Origin: Klebsormidium nitens
Lineage: Eukaryota > Plantae > Klebsormidiophyceae
Direction of reading: 5' to 3'
Assembly (NCBI GenBank): GCA_000708835.1
Contig: DF237067.1
Location: 126,110-190,109 of the forward strand
Length of the DNA stretch: 64,000 bases
Under the pieces are notes generated by a model, which was not told where the DNA came from, ran no database searches, and worked only from the letters and a program-made list of their open reading frames with translations. The position numbers and the translations under genes are program-made. How positions within the stretch are numbered: position 1 is the stretch's first letter; each line of letters opens with the position of its first letter. Shown here in pieces: positions 50,701-61,500 of the stretch.

Positions 50701-52321
50701 TATTTTGCAGACGGTTCCGGCATGCCACTGATGTCGTTTGACTGCTCTGCTCCGTGCGTCCATGTACCCAAGATGTCGTTTAACCTGTCTTTTGAATCGA
50801 CGTCAAGTCTGCTTTTGTCGCTATCCCTCTTCAAGAGTTGTTGGTCCCTGATTGCAGGAGCTAGGACCGCGCCCCCTCTTTTTGCTGCTGCGAATGCGGA
50901 GGACCGCGGGCTCCATCGACGATCTGCTGGCCCCCTCTCGGGCCACCATGCTGGCGGCCTTCGACGCACTGAACGACCCCAAAAAGTAGGCCCATCGTCG
51001 CAGGTTATTTCGAAGTCGTGGGCAGAAGAATTTTCAACGATGCCTCGTCCAGCCTGCGTATTGCTGCCCAACTCGGTCAGGCAGACAGCCTTCGAAAAGG
51101 CAATAAGCCTTTTCGCACGTATGCCTTTTCATTTTCAGAGATGGTCAACAGAAGCCAATGAACGTTGTCTTCGTCATTAAACGGAAGCTTTAAGCCGTAC
51201 TGCTCGCGAACCTCCGCCGGCGTCGCAAAGTCCGCCACGTGGCCTCGTCCTACTTGTCCTGCTGCAGCCGGCTCACCGTCGGCGCCCGCGCCTTGACGAA
51301 GCACGCCCACCGGTGCAGCCACAACTGGTGGGGCGTGCCCACCGGCTCAGGTCAGCTACCTTTACTTTTCTCAGAGTCTGATCGTCGATAACTAAAAACG
51401 CAGTTTTGAAAAAGGCAGAGTGGATTGTGTGTGTCAGCCGAAATGATGCAGGCGGGTGCTTCGAAAAACCGTGTTCTTTTCAACAGGGTGTGCCACACAA
51501 GTTGTAGTTGGTGAGCCCTACTGATCATTCGATTGCACCATTCGGATATTGCTGATTCGAAACCAAACCCCTTTGAAAACAGCGGCTCATCATGCGGACG
51601 GTTTGCTTGGTCAACAGTCCTGACTTTGGAGGAGCAAGCAACTTCAAATCTGCCAGCATTACCTTTTAGCCCATGATGACTCGACGACCAACCTGACGTT
51701 CCCTTCGTCTGCGCTGCAGAGCAAGCCAAAAACGAGCACGCGCGAGCAGTCGTTCTGCGGATCCTGGACGGCGCGGTGTGGCAGAACGCGCACCTTTTAC
51801 CGCACGACGTGGCCGTCTTCGAAGCCCGCGTGGCAGAGGGGTACGGCGCGCGCTGGTCGGCCGACGGAACACAGGCACGTGCCGCGCAAACCTCTCAATG
51901 CTAGCTCTGCACTTTTCGACACAGCCGGCCGCTCCATGGCATTTCCTCTTCCTCGTATGTTGTCCTCTTATAGTGGCTGGCCAGTAGCCTTCCTTTTAGA
52001 GGTGCTTCGAGCGGGAAGCGATTCTGAGACGACTAGAAATGTGAACTTGTGAAGTGAGTCAAATTTCGCCTGCTTCTAGCGTAGGCAGTTCTTATGTAGC
52101 TGACGAACTGCTCTTACAACGGTGCAGACTACCAGGACCTTTGATTTAAGCGGCGCAGAAAATGGAAGGTCGGAAGCCCTCTTAACCCTGTCTATCGTTT
52201 GTGGCTCATCGGCGAGCAAACGAAGAGATGAAGCGAAGTTCGAATGTTTCTCTTCCCCCAGTTCCGAGGCTTTCTGGAGCCGCAGATGGAAGGCGGCCAC
52301 CAGCGAGGATGGCGGCACTAA
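47710..52321 (+). CDS. ASCH-domain protein with conserved C-terminal ALTKH...GFLEP module
   Basis: Exons 47710-47899, 48177-48415, 48648-48705, 49140-49188, 49445-49499, 49770-49857, 50429-50553, 50858-50985, 51268-51350, 51720-51874, 52262-52321. ASCH signature LHVQEPWFSHLKSGAKSVEGR (GxKxxExR)...YDSFSSLL..EGLQRVLPG...VYRAFY. An upstream in-frame ATG at 47440 is possible. Confidence 0.85.
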
Positions 52322-53470
52322 AGAAGCTTCCCTGGTCGCAGCCGGGGTCGAGCACTTTGACTGGCCAACGTTTGAAGACTCTCGGAGTCAGACTCAGTGC
52401 ATCGTTAGCAGTTCACATTCAAGGCACGCTTCTGAAAATTCAAGAGATCATCGATCTGGCAGCGTAGCAGTGCCCCTCGATCCGAGGAATTCATCACAGA
52501 ATTGTTGTGACACGGAACAGTCTTGTTCCTCGGTGTAGATTATACAGACGCTGAAGAAACAGGAAACGAATTGAACACCAGACTCATTGACAAGATGAGA
52601 GCTTAGCGAAACTTAGTCTCAGGTCTACGTAGCCGCAGAATCTTGCTCCTTGAAAGAGTGATGTCAAAGCTAGCTTGGGTCACAGTGTAGGGCGCGGCTT
52701 TGCTGACAACGTGCATTAGTTTCAGGCACGCAGTGGAGACGGCGCACACTGTGTCGCCGAGGACCAAGACTGGAGTGTCATCTGACACACTGTGTCAGAA
52801 AGGCGCAGTCCGGCAGCATTACACGGAGATAGCGTGCATGCGAAATAGTTGCCTAACTGCTCGAGAAGTCGCCTATCAGCCCTTTGCAGCATGCGGGCAT
52901 ATGAATCAGAAGGTATCGCCAGGCATGGTTTTCGAGTCTCCGTACTTGGGCTTATATAACCGATTGGATTCGCAGTGATGTGCCCGCACCATTGTAACTG
53001 CACATGTGCTACGTGTTGTACGTTTGAACAGACGGTGACCATTTTGAGAATTTGCACAATCCTAATCAAGCATGACTGACGGTACGTGCAGCCAGGCAAC
53101 CAGTCTTTCGGATTGGATGTCGCCAATTGCTATAGATACGACGTACACGGCCTCCTTATATACCGGCCGGCCCACGTGTCCCGGTTTATATGTTCGATGT
53201 TATATATGCAGGCGCCTCGATTGATGAAGATTCTTGTCGGTCAATGGCATACCGAGGAAATACCTAATACGACTGGTCTGGCGGATGTACATCATTAACC
53301 CCTCAAGGTTCCGCTCGCTTTTGCAGATTCGAATAGTAGCTCGACACAGTGCATTCAGCCGCCCACTGAACGTTGCGCAGTGCTAGTGAGCAGATCTAGC
53401 AGTCTCGAGGGGCCCTGTCCCCAGGCGACTTGTAGACAGTGCTCGGCATGTGACGCTTTGCAAGCCGAAG

Positions 53471-55434
53471 CTACTCTAGGCCGCGGTTGGCGAAGGGCAA
53501 CGGGATGGCCTCAGCTTCTTTGTAGTAGTCGTCGAGCGCGTAATACTCCCGCTCCTTGGGCAGGAAAACGTGGATCACAACATCCCCTGCAATAAGTCAA
53601 GAATCTTTTTGAAGTTGCTGTTGGCCAAAGTACAGAGCTCCCTATTGTAAGAAACGGCCGCCTGCTCAAGCAAGCAACTGTGAACCAGAAAAGCAGGCGC
53701 GCCAGGCAGTGCTTATAGATTGCTGATGACGAACCGGACCACTTAACTGCACACGCTCCAGGACGAGGGTGAAGGGGCAACTCACCAAAGTCTACAACCG
53801 TCCAACTCTTGGGAGTGCCGTCGTCAACGTCATTCTCCGGCGTCCGCTGGAACTTTTCAAGAGCTGCCTCTCTGATTCGGCTCCTGCATACAGCATTTCA
53901 GATGTCAGGAGAAAACGCATGGTGTGAAGGGCACGGAGGCTCTCACGTCACATACCGGCCGTCATCGTTTTGAGGTCGATGGGGGCTGCTTTAGCCAAAG
54001 CCAGAGAACAGAAGGTCTGCTTTAAAACGGCGGGCAAGTCTGAAAGGACTGAAACCGGCGGAGAATCGTTTCAGACACTTTGATTGGCAGTCCAAAAAAG
54101 TGGATAAGATTGAACCAAAGATACGCCAAAACTTCGCCAGAACCCCCAAAGTATTGGTGGTTTACTGTCCAAAGATTGTTAAGGGACACTCAACAAAGAA
54201 AGTGGTAGCCCACAAAGTACTTCAAGTATGCCTGGTGACTACGTGACGAGGTCAATGCTTACGACTAACATACTTTTACATCGACTTGACATCGGAAAAG
54301 TCAATGAACTCTCCTTCAAATTACAATGAATCGACTCACATGATAAGAGACAGTGCCCGCGACCAAGATCGCCCATGACAAAGAAAGCTGCGCACTGAAG
54401 CCTTACCCAATTGCGTTCACTTGCGGCCTGGAAAACGCAGTCACAAGAACCATGACTCGGGTCCAGTAGACAAAGGGCGCAACATGAAGAACTTGGACGT
54501 CCGCTGCCTTTGTCAGGTCCGCAATTTCAGCCATAGCTACTGCGACTGCGGGAGTGGAATAAGACAACTCATTGAGAACGGCCTGCTCGCTGATATTTTC
54601 GAACTGCATCCAATGGCCTCAGAATAGAGGGGGCAACCTGTGCTTTCAATCATGAGTGAATGAGTAACAGTTGCCGGTGCTGGCAAGGATATGTCGTCAC
54701 AGAAACGTCCTTCCTGAAACCCAGCAGATCCAAAACGAACGTTCGCAGCAGTCGTAGCAGTCGTGGCTTGAGCGATTCTTTGAAGTGCTGGAATGGTAGG
54801 ACAGGTGACCCTTTCGGCCCAGAGTGTGGGCGCGTAGAATGCGGTTGGGAAAGCATTTTGCACACCTTCCTAATTATCGCACATGGTGGCGCTTCAACAG
54901 GGTCCCTGTGCGCTTAAGATACCATGTGCCAAAAGGCTCTGTGAAGGTGGCAACAACCAAATTTGAAAACAACTGATTGCAGAAAGAACCACAAGACATG
55001 TCCTGACCAGACTCACACTGTTTGCTGTCAGTATCGTCCAAGTCCTCAAGCGCCATCACGTCAGGGTTGCTAACGACCATCTCCCCAAACTTGTCCCACA
55101 AACCCTGCAACTCTGATTCTTCCATATGGTCCCACTCAACGGTACTGTCTTGTTCCACTGCATCTTTCCTCGTTCCCCTGAGGGCACGACAGCAAACGGA
55201 CCCTCGGAGAGTGGTAAAAGGTTGCGGTCGTGCCTGCAAGTCGTTCAAGTCATTTCCGCTAGCTACTCTATTTCTATGTAGTGATGGTTCGCTACTCTGT
55301 GGAGGCAATGTGGCTGATGTGAAGGGCCCTGAGACGGGCCAATTCGACGGCCCCGCTTGAGGTTGATGATGAGAAGATGCTAGACAGCAGGATGGGCTGG
55401 TGGAGCAAACGCGTAAAGCAGCAGCAGAAGCCAT
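53471..55434 (-). CDS. IOJAP: Plastid Iojap / ribosome silencing factor RsfS
   Basis: Exons 55434-55017, 54545-54407, 53883-53786, 53586-53471. Transit peptide, then KAADVQVLHVAPFVYWT...TAFSRPQVNAIG...SWTVVDFGDVVIHVFLPKEREYYALDDYY, an RsfS signature. Confidence 0.93.
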
Positions 55435-56115
55435 GGCGACAGACTTGGTTTCGAATTGCCCACCTGCTATTCCTGAATGGCCAAAGCCCTTCCCTACGCC
55501 ACTTCCATATCAGTATTAATGCCGTGACGGCGTCAGTGATCCTGTGAACAGAGAAGCTTGCTCAGACGCGTCACAGACTCTCGCAATGTTGCTCAAGCTA
55601 GAGTAGGTAGATCACCTCGGGAATGGTGAAGAAAGTGTTAACGCCGATAACGGGGTGCGGTGAAATCGAAGAAGCAATTGTTCCGATCTCGTTGCGCGGC
55701 CGCCGTCAACGGCAGGCGGCCGCGGACTCTCAGGGGGAGTGCTTAAATATCAACGGTTGGTACCGGGCGTGCCGCTGCTGCCAATTGTTGGATGGCGCGT
55801 GCGACATCTGGCAGAATGGTTGCCAACTGGCAGCTCACGCCTGTGAAAGACTGACACGCAATCACGGCAGGTTCAGTTGGAAACTAGGTACGAACTGGAC
55901 TCACTCAGCCATGTTTCTCGCTTGGAGCTTGGGGACCGTTGTTCGATGTTGCCGCTAGCTCCGCCCCAATGCCAGAACAAAAGCTTCTTCCTCCCATTCA
56001 TTGCCCATTCATTCCGACAGCTTTGCAAGCATAATCTCTACGCACTATCCTTCCATTGCACCTCCTTCAACACTCTGATTTTACCTTCTGCAAAGCAATC
56101 CAAAAATCTTCCAAC

Positions 56116-57614
56116 ATGACGCTTGGTCACCACAACACGAACCCCATGGCCAGCACTGGTCTGATGGGTCACGGCCACCACACCACAGGGACAGGACTGA
56201 CTGGCACGGGCACAGGCGTAACTGGACACCATCATCACGGAACTGGGGCCCTGGGAACGGGCACTACAGGGACGGCGGGAGTCGCTGCCACTGATTCAGG
56301 AGCACACGCCTCGGTGAGTTGTCCGAGGTTAATTGCAGCCCTTTGCTGAGATTGAGGGGGTGAGCTTCGGAAAAAGGACAGAAGTTGGACTGCATTTGGT
56401 AGAATTGGTGAGCAGCTTTAAGATCTCATCAATCAGGCTTGGGGGGGAAGTTCTAGGTAGGTTCATTGTAGAAGTCGCACAGAATCAAAGAGTACTTGGG
56501 GGGAAGCCTAGGTAGGGTTCAATTAGAAGTCACACAAGTTAACCAATCGCCATTGTTCACAACACTGAATTGCCATTGAGGTGTCCTTTCATTTCGTCTT
56601 TCTGTCCTCAAGCGACGATGTTTGCCTGCTTCATTTCAATCTTGGGGCATTGCTGGAACATCAGCAATGCCGGATCAACTTGTACACTATTCGAAGTCAG
56701 AACCATTTTACCCCCCCTAGTCTTTGTTCATGCCGTCTTTGAAAGCTCAAATGCATGCACTTTTTTGGTAAAATCACAATGGGGTAGCTTTCATCTTATA
56801 GATGCCTTTGGACCTACTCTCAGGAAACTCTGTCAACATACACACGGCACTGGACAAACTTCATCTGCAATCCCCTCACTTTTTCTTTCTAATATTTAGG
56901 CTGGTGCGAGCAACATGAAAGCCACTTTCAAGGAGAAGGTGGCCCATGTTAAGGCCGATGTTGTGGAGGCAGGCCAGAAGCTGACTCATCCCACCAACCC
57001 CGCATACAAGATGGCAGCCACTCAGGAGGTGAGTACTGCGTGATTTCCTGCCTTGCTTAACTAATGTTTGGAGGAGGCTTGGCTTTGCACAGACTCGAAT
57101 TATGCAGTGACCACGGCTGTCTTCTCTACTTAGCGAAAACTACTTCATCCGACTTATCAGAACAATGTTCCACAGAAGGCATCAAGTCATTTTTGTAATC
57201 CAATGTCACTGAATGATAGTTGTACTTCGAATTGAAAAAAGTTGTAAATCAAGCATGACAACTGTAGTGTGGATTCCTCACAATCTTCCAAACTCAACTT
57301 ACTCTTCTTTCACCTCACGATCTTGATGCCCCACTCCTTACCATAAAGATGCAATAAGTTTTATCTCGAAAATGGTGTTTGAACAGATTTCGTTCAGATA
57401 AACAAACGCTCAAGGTTGGAAGCTGACTACTTCTAATTTCTTGCAGTCTGAAACCAAGAAGGCAGCAGCTACTGAGAGGAAGTTCCAAGAGCAAGCCCTG
57501 GCTGGTGCCAATGAGCACGGAAAGATGGCAAATGCTCGTCAGGGAGTGGCAAATGCTATGCACGGACACATGGGACACACGCACAACACGACATACAACA
57601 CGAACACATACTAA
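56116..57614 (+). CDS. LEA-type hydrophilin, 164 aa (Gly/Thr/His-rich N-terminus plus LEA group 4-like helix)
   Basis: Exons 56116-56313, 56900-57028, 57447-57614, all phase 0. Sequence MTLGHHNTNP...GTGLTGTGTGVTGHHHHGTG...|AGASNMKATFKEKVAHVKADVVEAGQKLTHPTNPAYKMAATQE|SETKKAAATERKFQEQA...HMGHTHNTTYNTNTY. No Cys or Trp. Confidence 0.75.
56438..56535. repeat. Imperfect ~57-bp-period duplication in LEA intron 1
   Basis: CTTGGGGGG(G)AAG..TAGGTAG(G)GTTCA..TAGAAGTC.CACA occurs at about 56438 and about 56495. Confidence 0.7.
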
Positions 57615-58577
57615 GATTGAGGTTGCGGGTGAAAACTCATGTGGTAGAGCCTTAGCCAACTTGAATTTAAGATATTAATCTCATTCTAACCTCGTGGAGT
57701 ATGACGAAGGGGAAATGGCAAAAGGGATCGAAACTATGACCACGTTGCAGTATAAATAAGTTAATGTGAAGCTATAGTCAAATTGAAACTGGTTGTATTA
57801 TAGATATGATGACGGATATGTGCTAGGTCAGTAGGGTCACTTAAGATTTTGGCAGTTCGGGAAAACTGCAGCAATTGAGATATAGAATGTCAGAACTTGT
57901 GACACTTGTAACTGTTGACTTGTGCCTTGCATGTTTCCTAAGCTTGGAACTTGTAATACATTCTCCTGACTTAAAACATTCACCTCATGGCTGAACGCAT
58001 ATAAACAATCAATCATAACCGCATTGTGAAATGTAGCATTCTTTGTGCAAGTACCGAGATTATGTAGTAATACGTCACACGGATCGTCATACCGGGCCAC
58101 ACGCGCTAGAGAATCACAATGCATCGTCCGACATGCTTACTTCAAGCAACCTGGAAACATGTGCCTGAACTCAGAGTTTCCGACAATCAACTATCAATGT
58201 TGTGCAGCCTGGGCTCAAGGACATATCAAGGTCAAGCCCCCCCCGCCATTTATTCCATTAGCATTTAATCCGCACGAACAAGGTACACGCCCACCGTCGT
58301 TTAAGGCCAAAGTTATACATGGCGGCATATGTACCTACAAAGTTGCTTTCGCAAAGTGGTCCAAGTCCGGAAATTGAGTTTAGGATCGTGTCCTCGATTC
58401 GGAGGAATTGGCAATGCTGGACCTTGACATCGAAGCTTCCCAGGCGTTCATTCAAACAGTTTGCATAGAGTCCGACGAGTGCACCGAGGGGTTGGATTGA
58501 CCATAACCTCTAAAAGTACCTTGGGCCTGGACCAATTACATGCAACAGTACTGGCCCAAACAAAGATACTAATGTTC

Positions 58578-61500
58578 TTACAACTTGAAAGACTGCTTCT
58601 TCCCCTTTTGATCATCGGCATCCAGAGCTTTCCCCCTCTTCTGCCCTTTATTGGCGGCAGCTTCCTCCTGCGCTTCCTGGATGCGAGCGAACACCTGCAG
58701 ACACGGGCATCATTTGCGGAGTGAGCTAACCATACCGTTGGCACATATGGTCCGATCTGGCGACTGAACTCACGTCTACAGCGGCAGAAACAGAAAAACA
58801 GACATGGCTGAAAACTCGGCTGGTGGCAGAAAGGGGGATGTCTGCTAACAATCTGGCAAAGTCCAAGGTTGAAATGCTCGATACAAAGACACGCTCTGAT
58901 TTGCTCATGAGGCTTCAAAGGAACGCTTCAACGAATAGAAACAGACATCGCCACGAGGGTTTCCACAGACCTTCTCGTATAACAGAAACTTCATCTAGGA
59001 CGACAAAGTACACACTCAAACGAGTGGAAACATTCCTACCTGCGCAGACTTGGTGAACGCGGGCTTCGCCTGGCCATCGTCCTTGTTTTTGGCCTTGGTC
59101 TTCCCGGGCTTGGTGGCAGTCTTGGCGGCAAAGGCGGCGGCGATCTCCGAGTTCGAAGCGCCACCAGCCTTGGCAGCGAGCTTGGTGCGCTTCGCCTTCT
59201 CGACTTCCGACATCTCGGCTGCACGGATTTGGACTTGAGTGTTAAACCAGTCTCTTCTGGCATCTCCAAGCTGGCCACTGAAGCTGCAGGTGCTTCGAAG
59301 TTTCTAAAAGGAGCTGAGAGCCGAATCCGTGCGGAGAAACCGGATCGGTGGCCGCATGAAACTTGGAGTAAGACGAAAAACGTGGCAGTTGCTCACTAAA
59401 CTCTTCCGATTCGTGGGTTGCGAATGCTCTTGCCGTGACCTTCCTCTGGGCGAGCGAACTTCAGAACGCGGGCGCTTGAAATAAGCATAAAAGAAAAGCA
59501 AAACCTTTTGTCCTCTTGCAAGGCTTGTCGTCGTTGTCCACAACAGCAGAGCCCAGGAATTTCCGACACAAGGAAATTCCAGTTATCCGGGCACCATTTG
59601 TTGAGAGCATGACCATTTGAGGAATGCTTCAGAATGTTCGGTGCACGCTCCAGGGCAGCCGATGGGGCTGCCCGGCAGAGCGCACGCCGCAACGGATCAA
59701 CCTAGTCTAGGCGGGTTTTAGCGCTGCATGGGCCACAGCAGGGGCGCACGAGTGACTCTAAGGAACACCGCCGAAGGTAGCAATTGGCCATCAACCGAGA
59801 AGTTAAAGAAAAAGAAAGAAACCACTGCAAGCTGGAAGCAATCAGCCGCCCAGTCCAAGGAAGGGAACGGCTAATTCCAGATTTCAAAGTTCAACGCGTG
59901 AAACCTCGGTCTTTCGAAATTGAACACGGTATACTTTCGTTTGGAAGACCTCTGGCGTACTGCTGGTCTCATGAGCAGCACTGATACGTTTAAATCAGAA
60001 ACCGACTTGCCAAACTTCCAAGAGGTGAAACGATCCCAAAGGAACATCTGAGAAGATGGTCACAGTGCCAAACTCAACTCACCAAACGGCCTCGTACACG
60101 TCAGAGGCAAGGGACAAAAGCAGCGCAATCAATGCTCCTGTTTTGAATTTCAAGCCCTCTGCTGGCGGAGCGAGACTCCCTCTGAAGCTAACTAGCCGCC
60201 AAAACCATAAACACGTTCACCCCAGACAGTAAAAAAATATGCAAAAAACTCAAGCCTCCGAACTCCCATAAACCCCTTGCGCCTCACCCTTGCGCTTGCG
60301 CTTGCACTTCGCCCGCTTGCTTCGCCGCTCCTCCTGCGTGAGCTCCCCCTCCGCTTTGACCGCTCCCGCCGCCTTGCCGCGTACACCCGCCCGCCCGTCC
60401 CCGCCCGCAAACACCTCTTCCGGGGCCAGCAGGTTGGCGTCGCTCACTGCGAGCGGCGCAACTTCCTCCATGGCGAGAGCGGGGACGTCGGCGCGCACGC
60501 TCGCGTCCTCGATCACGGGCTTGGGCGCGAAGGTGAAGTGGGACAGCGCATCGAGCTTGAGGCACAGCGACTTGAACAGCATGGCGGCCTGGAAGAGAAT
60601 CAGTATGCAGGGTTCGGGCTTCAAAGCCTGGAAGTGGACTGGTTCTAAGGACCCGAGACGAAGAAACGAGATGATGCCAAATCTGGGATGAAAGAGAGTT
60701 TTCAATGGCAATCTGCGAAGGTGGTTTGGAGACAGAAGAAGTAAAGACCAAAGCAATTTCCGCCATTTTCTTCAGAGCCGAGGGGCCCATTGAAGTGTTT
60801 TTGAAGAAAGCCGGAATGGTGTAAAGTAACAATGAGCGGGCAGATTGTGTTTGTTTGCCATGGTCAGCTGAGGCTACAGAGAGACGGCAGGGCTAATCCC
60901 ATACTCAACGGATCAAGATGCCTTGTGGTTGGACATTTGCAGTGTTTCGCTCTGCTGTGCCCAAGAGGACAGGGAATAACTTGTCGGAAAAGGGCCAAGA
61001 CTGCGCAATCATGGTGGTTGGGTGCTGAGCTTCAGTGCGGCATATCGAAAGAACATTACGATTGCGGCAGGGAGGTCATCATCTTCCTGAAAGACACGAT
61101 ACGTCTGTAGAATGCTTCAGTCCTTGCGTAAAGCTCACTTCTCTTTTCACCACGTCATCCCCGGTGGCAGCAGCGATGGCGTCAGGACCCGCAGTGGCCT
61201 TCACGTACTCTTCCTGCAAATTTGTAACATCGGAGCGTAAGATGACAGACAAAGAAGCCTCGCTTCCAAAGCCAGATGCAAGGAAAGGGGTTGCAAAGAT
61301 TGTTTCTTAACCCTGTGTGTAGCTTTTTGCCCAGACCAATCAAGCAACTTTTGTGACTACCAATTTCAGCATTGCGCAATACATCAAAAGGCTTGCTCGC
61401 CACGATGAGACTGGCAAAGCGTGACCCACCTCATAAATCTCGGCGAGCCCCTTCTGGCTCTTAGAATCGTCGAGCTCCTCCCTCCTTCTCGGGGCGCCGG

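Noticed and set aside
55435-56115. Expected ABRE/DRE elements upstream of the LEA gene
   Set aside because: I found no canonical ACGTG(G/T)C or RCCGAC. Only CGCGT/CACGC-like variants are present, too weak to call.
57800-57970. Possible C/D snoRNA (ATGATGA near 57806, CTGA near 57966)
   Set aside because: No terminal stem or recognisable rRNA guide. Such short boxes occur by chance.
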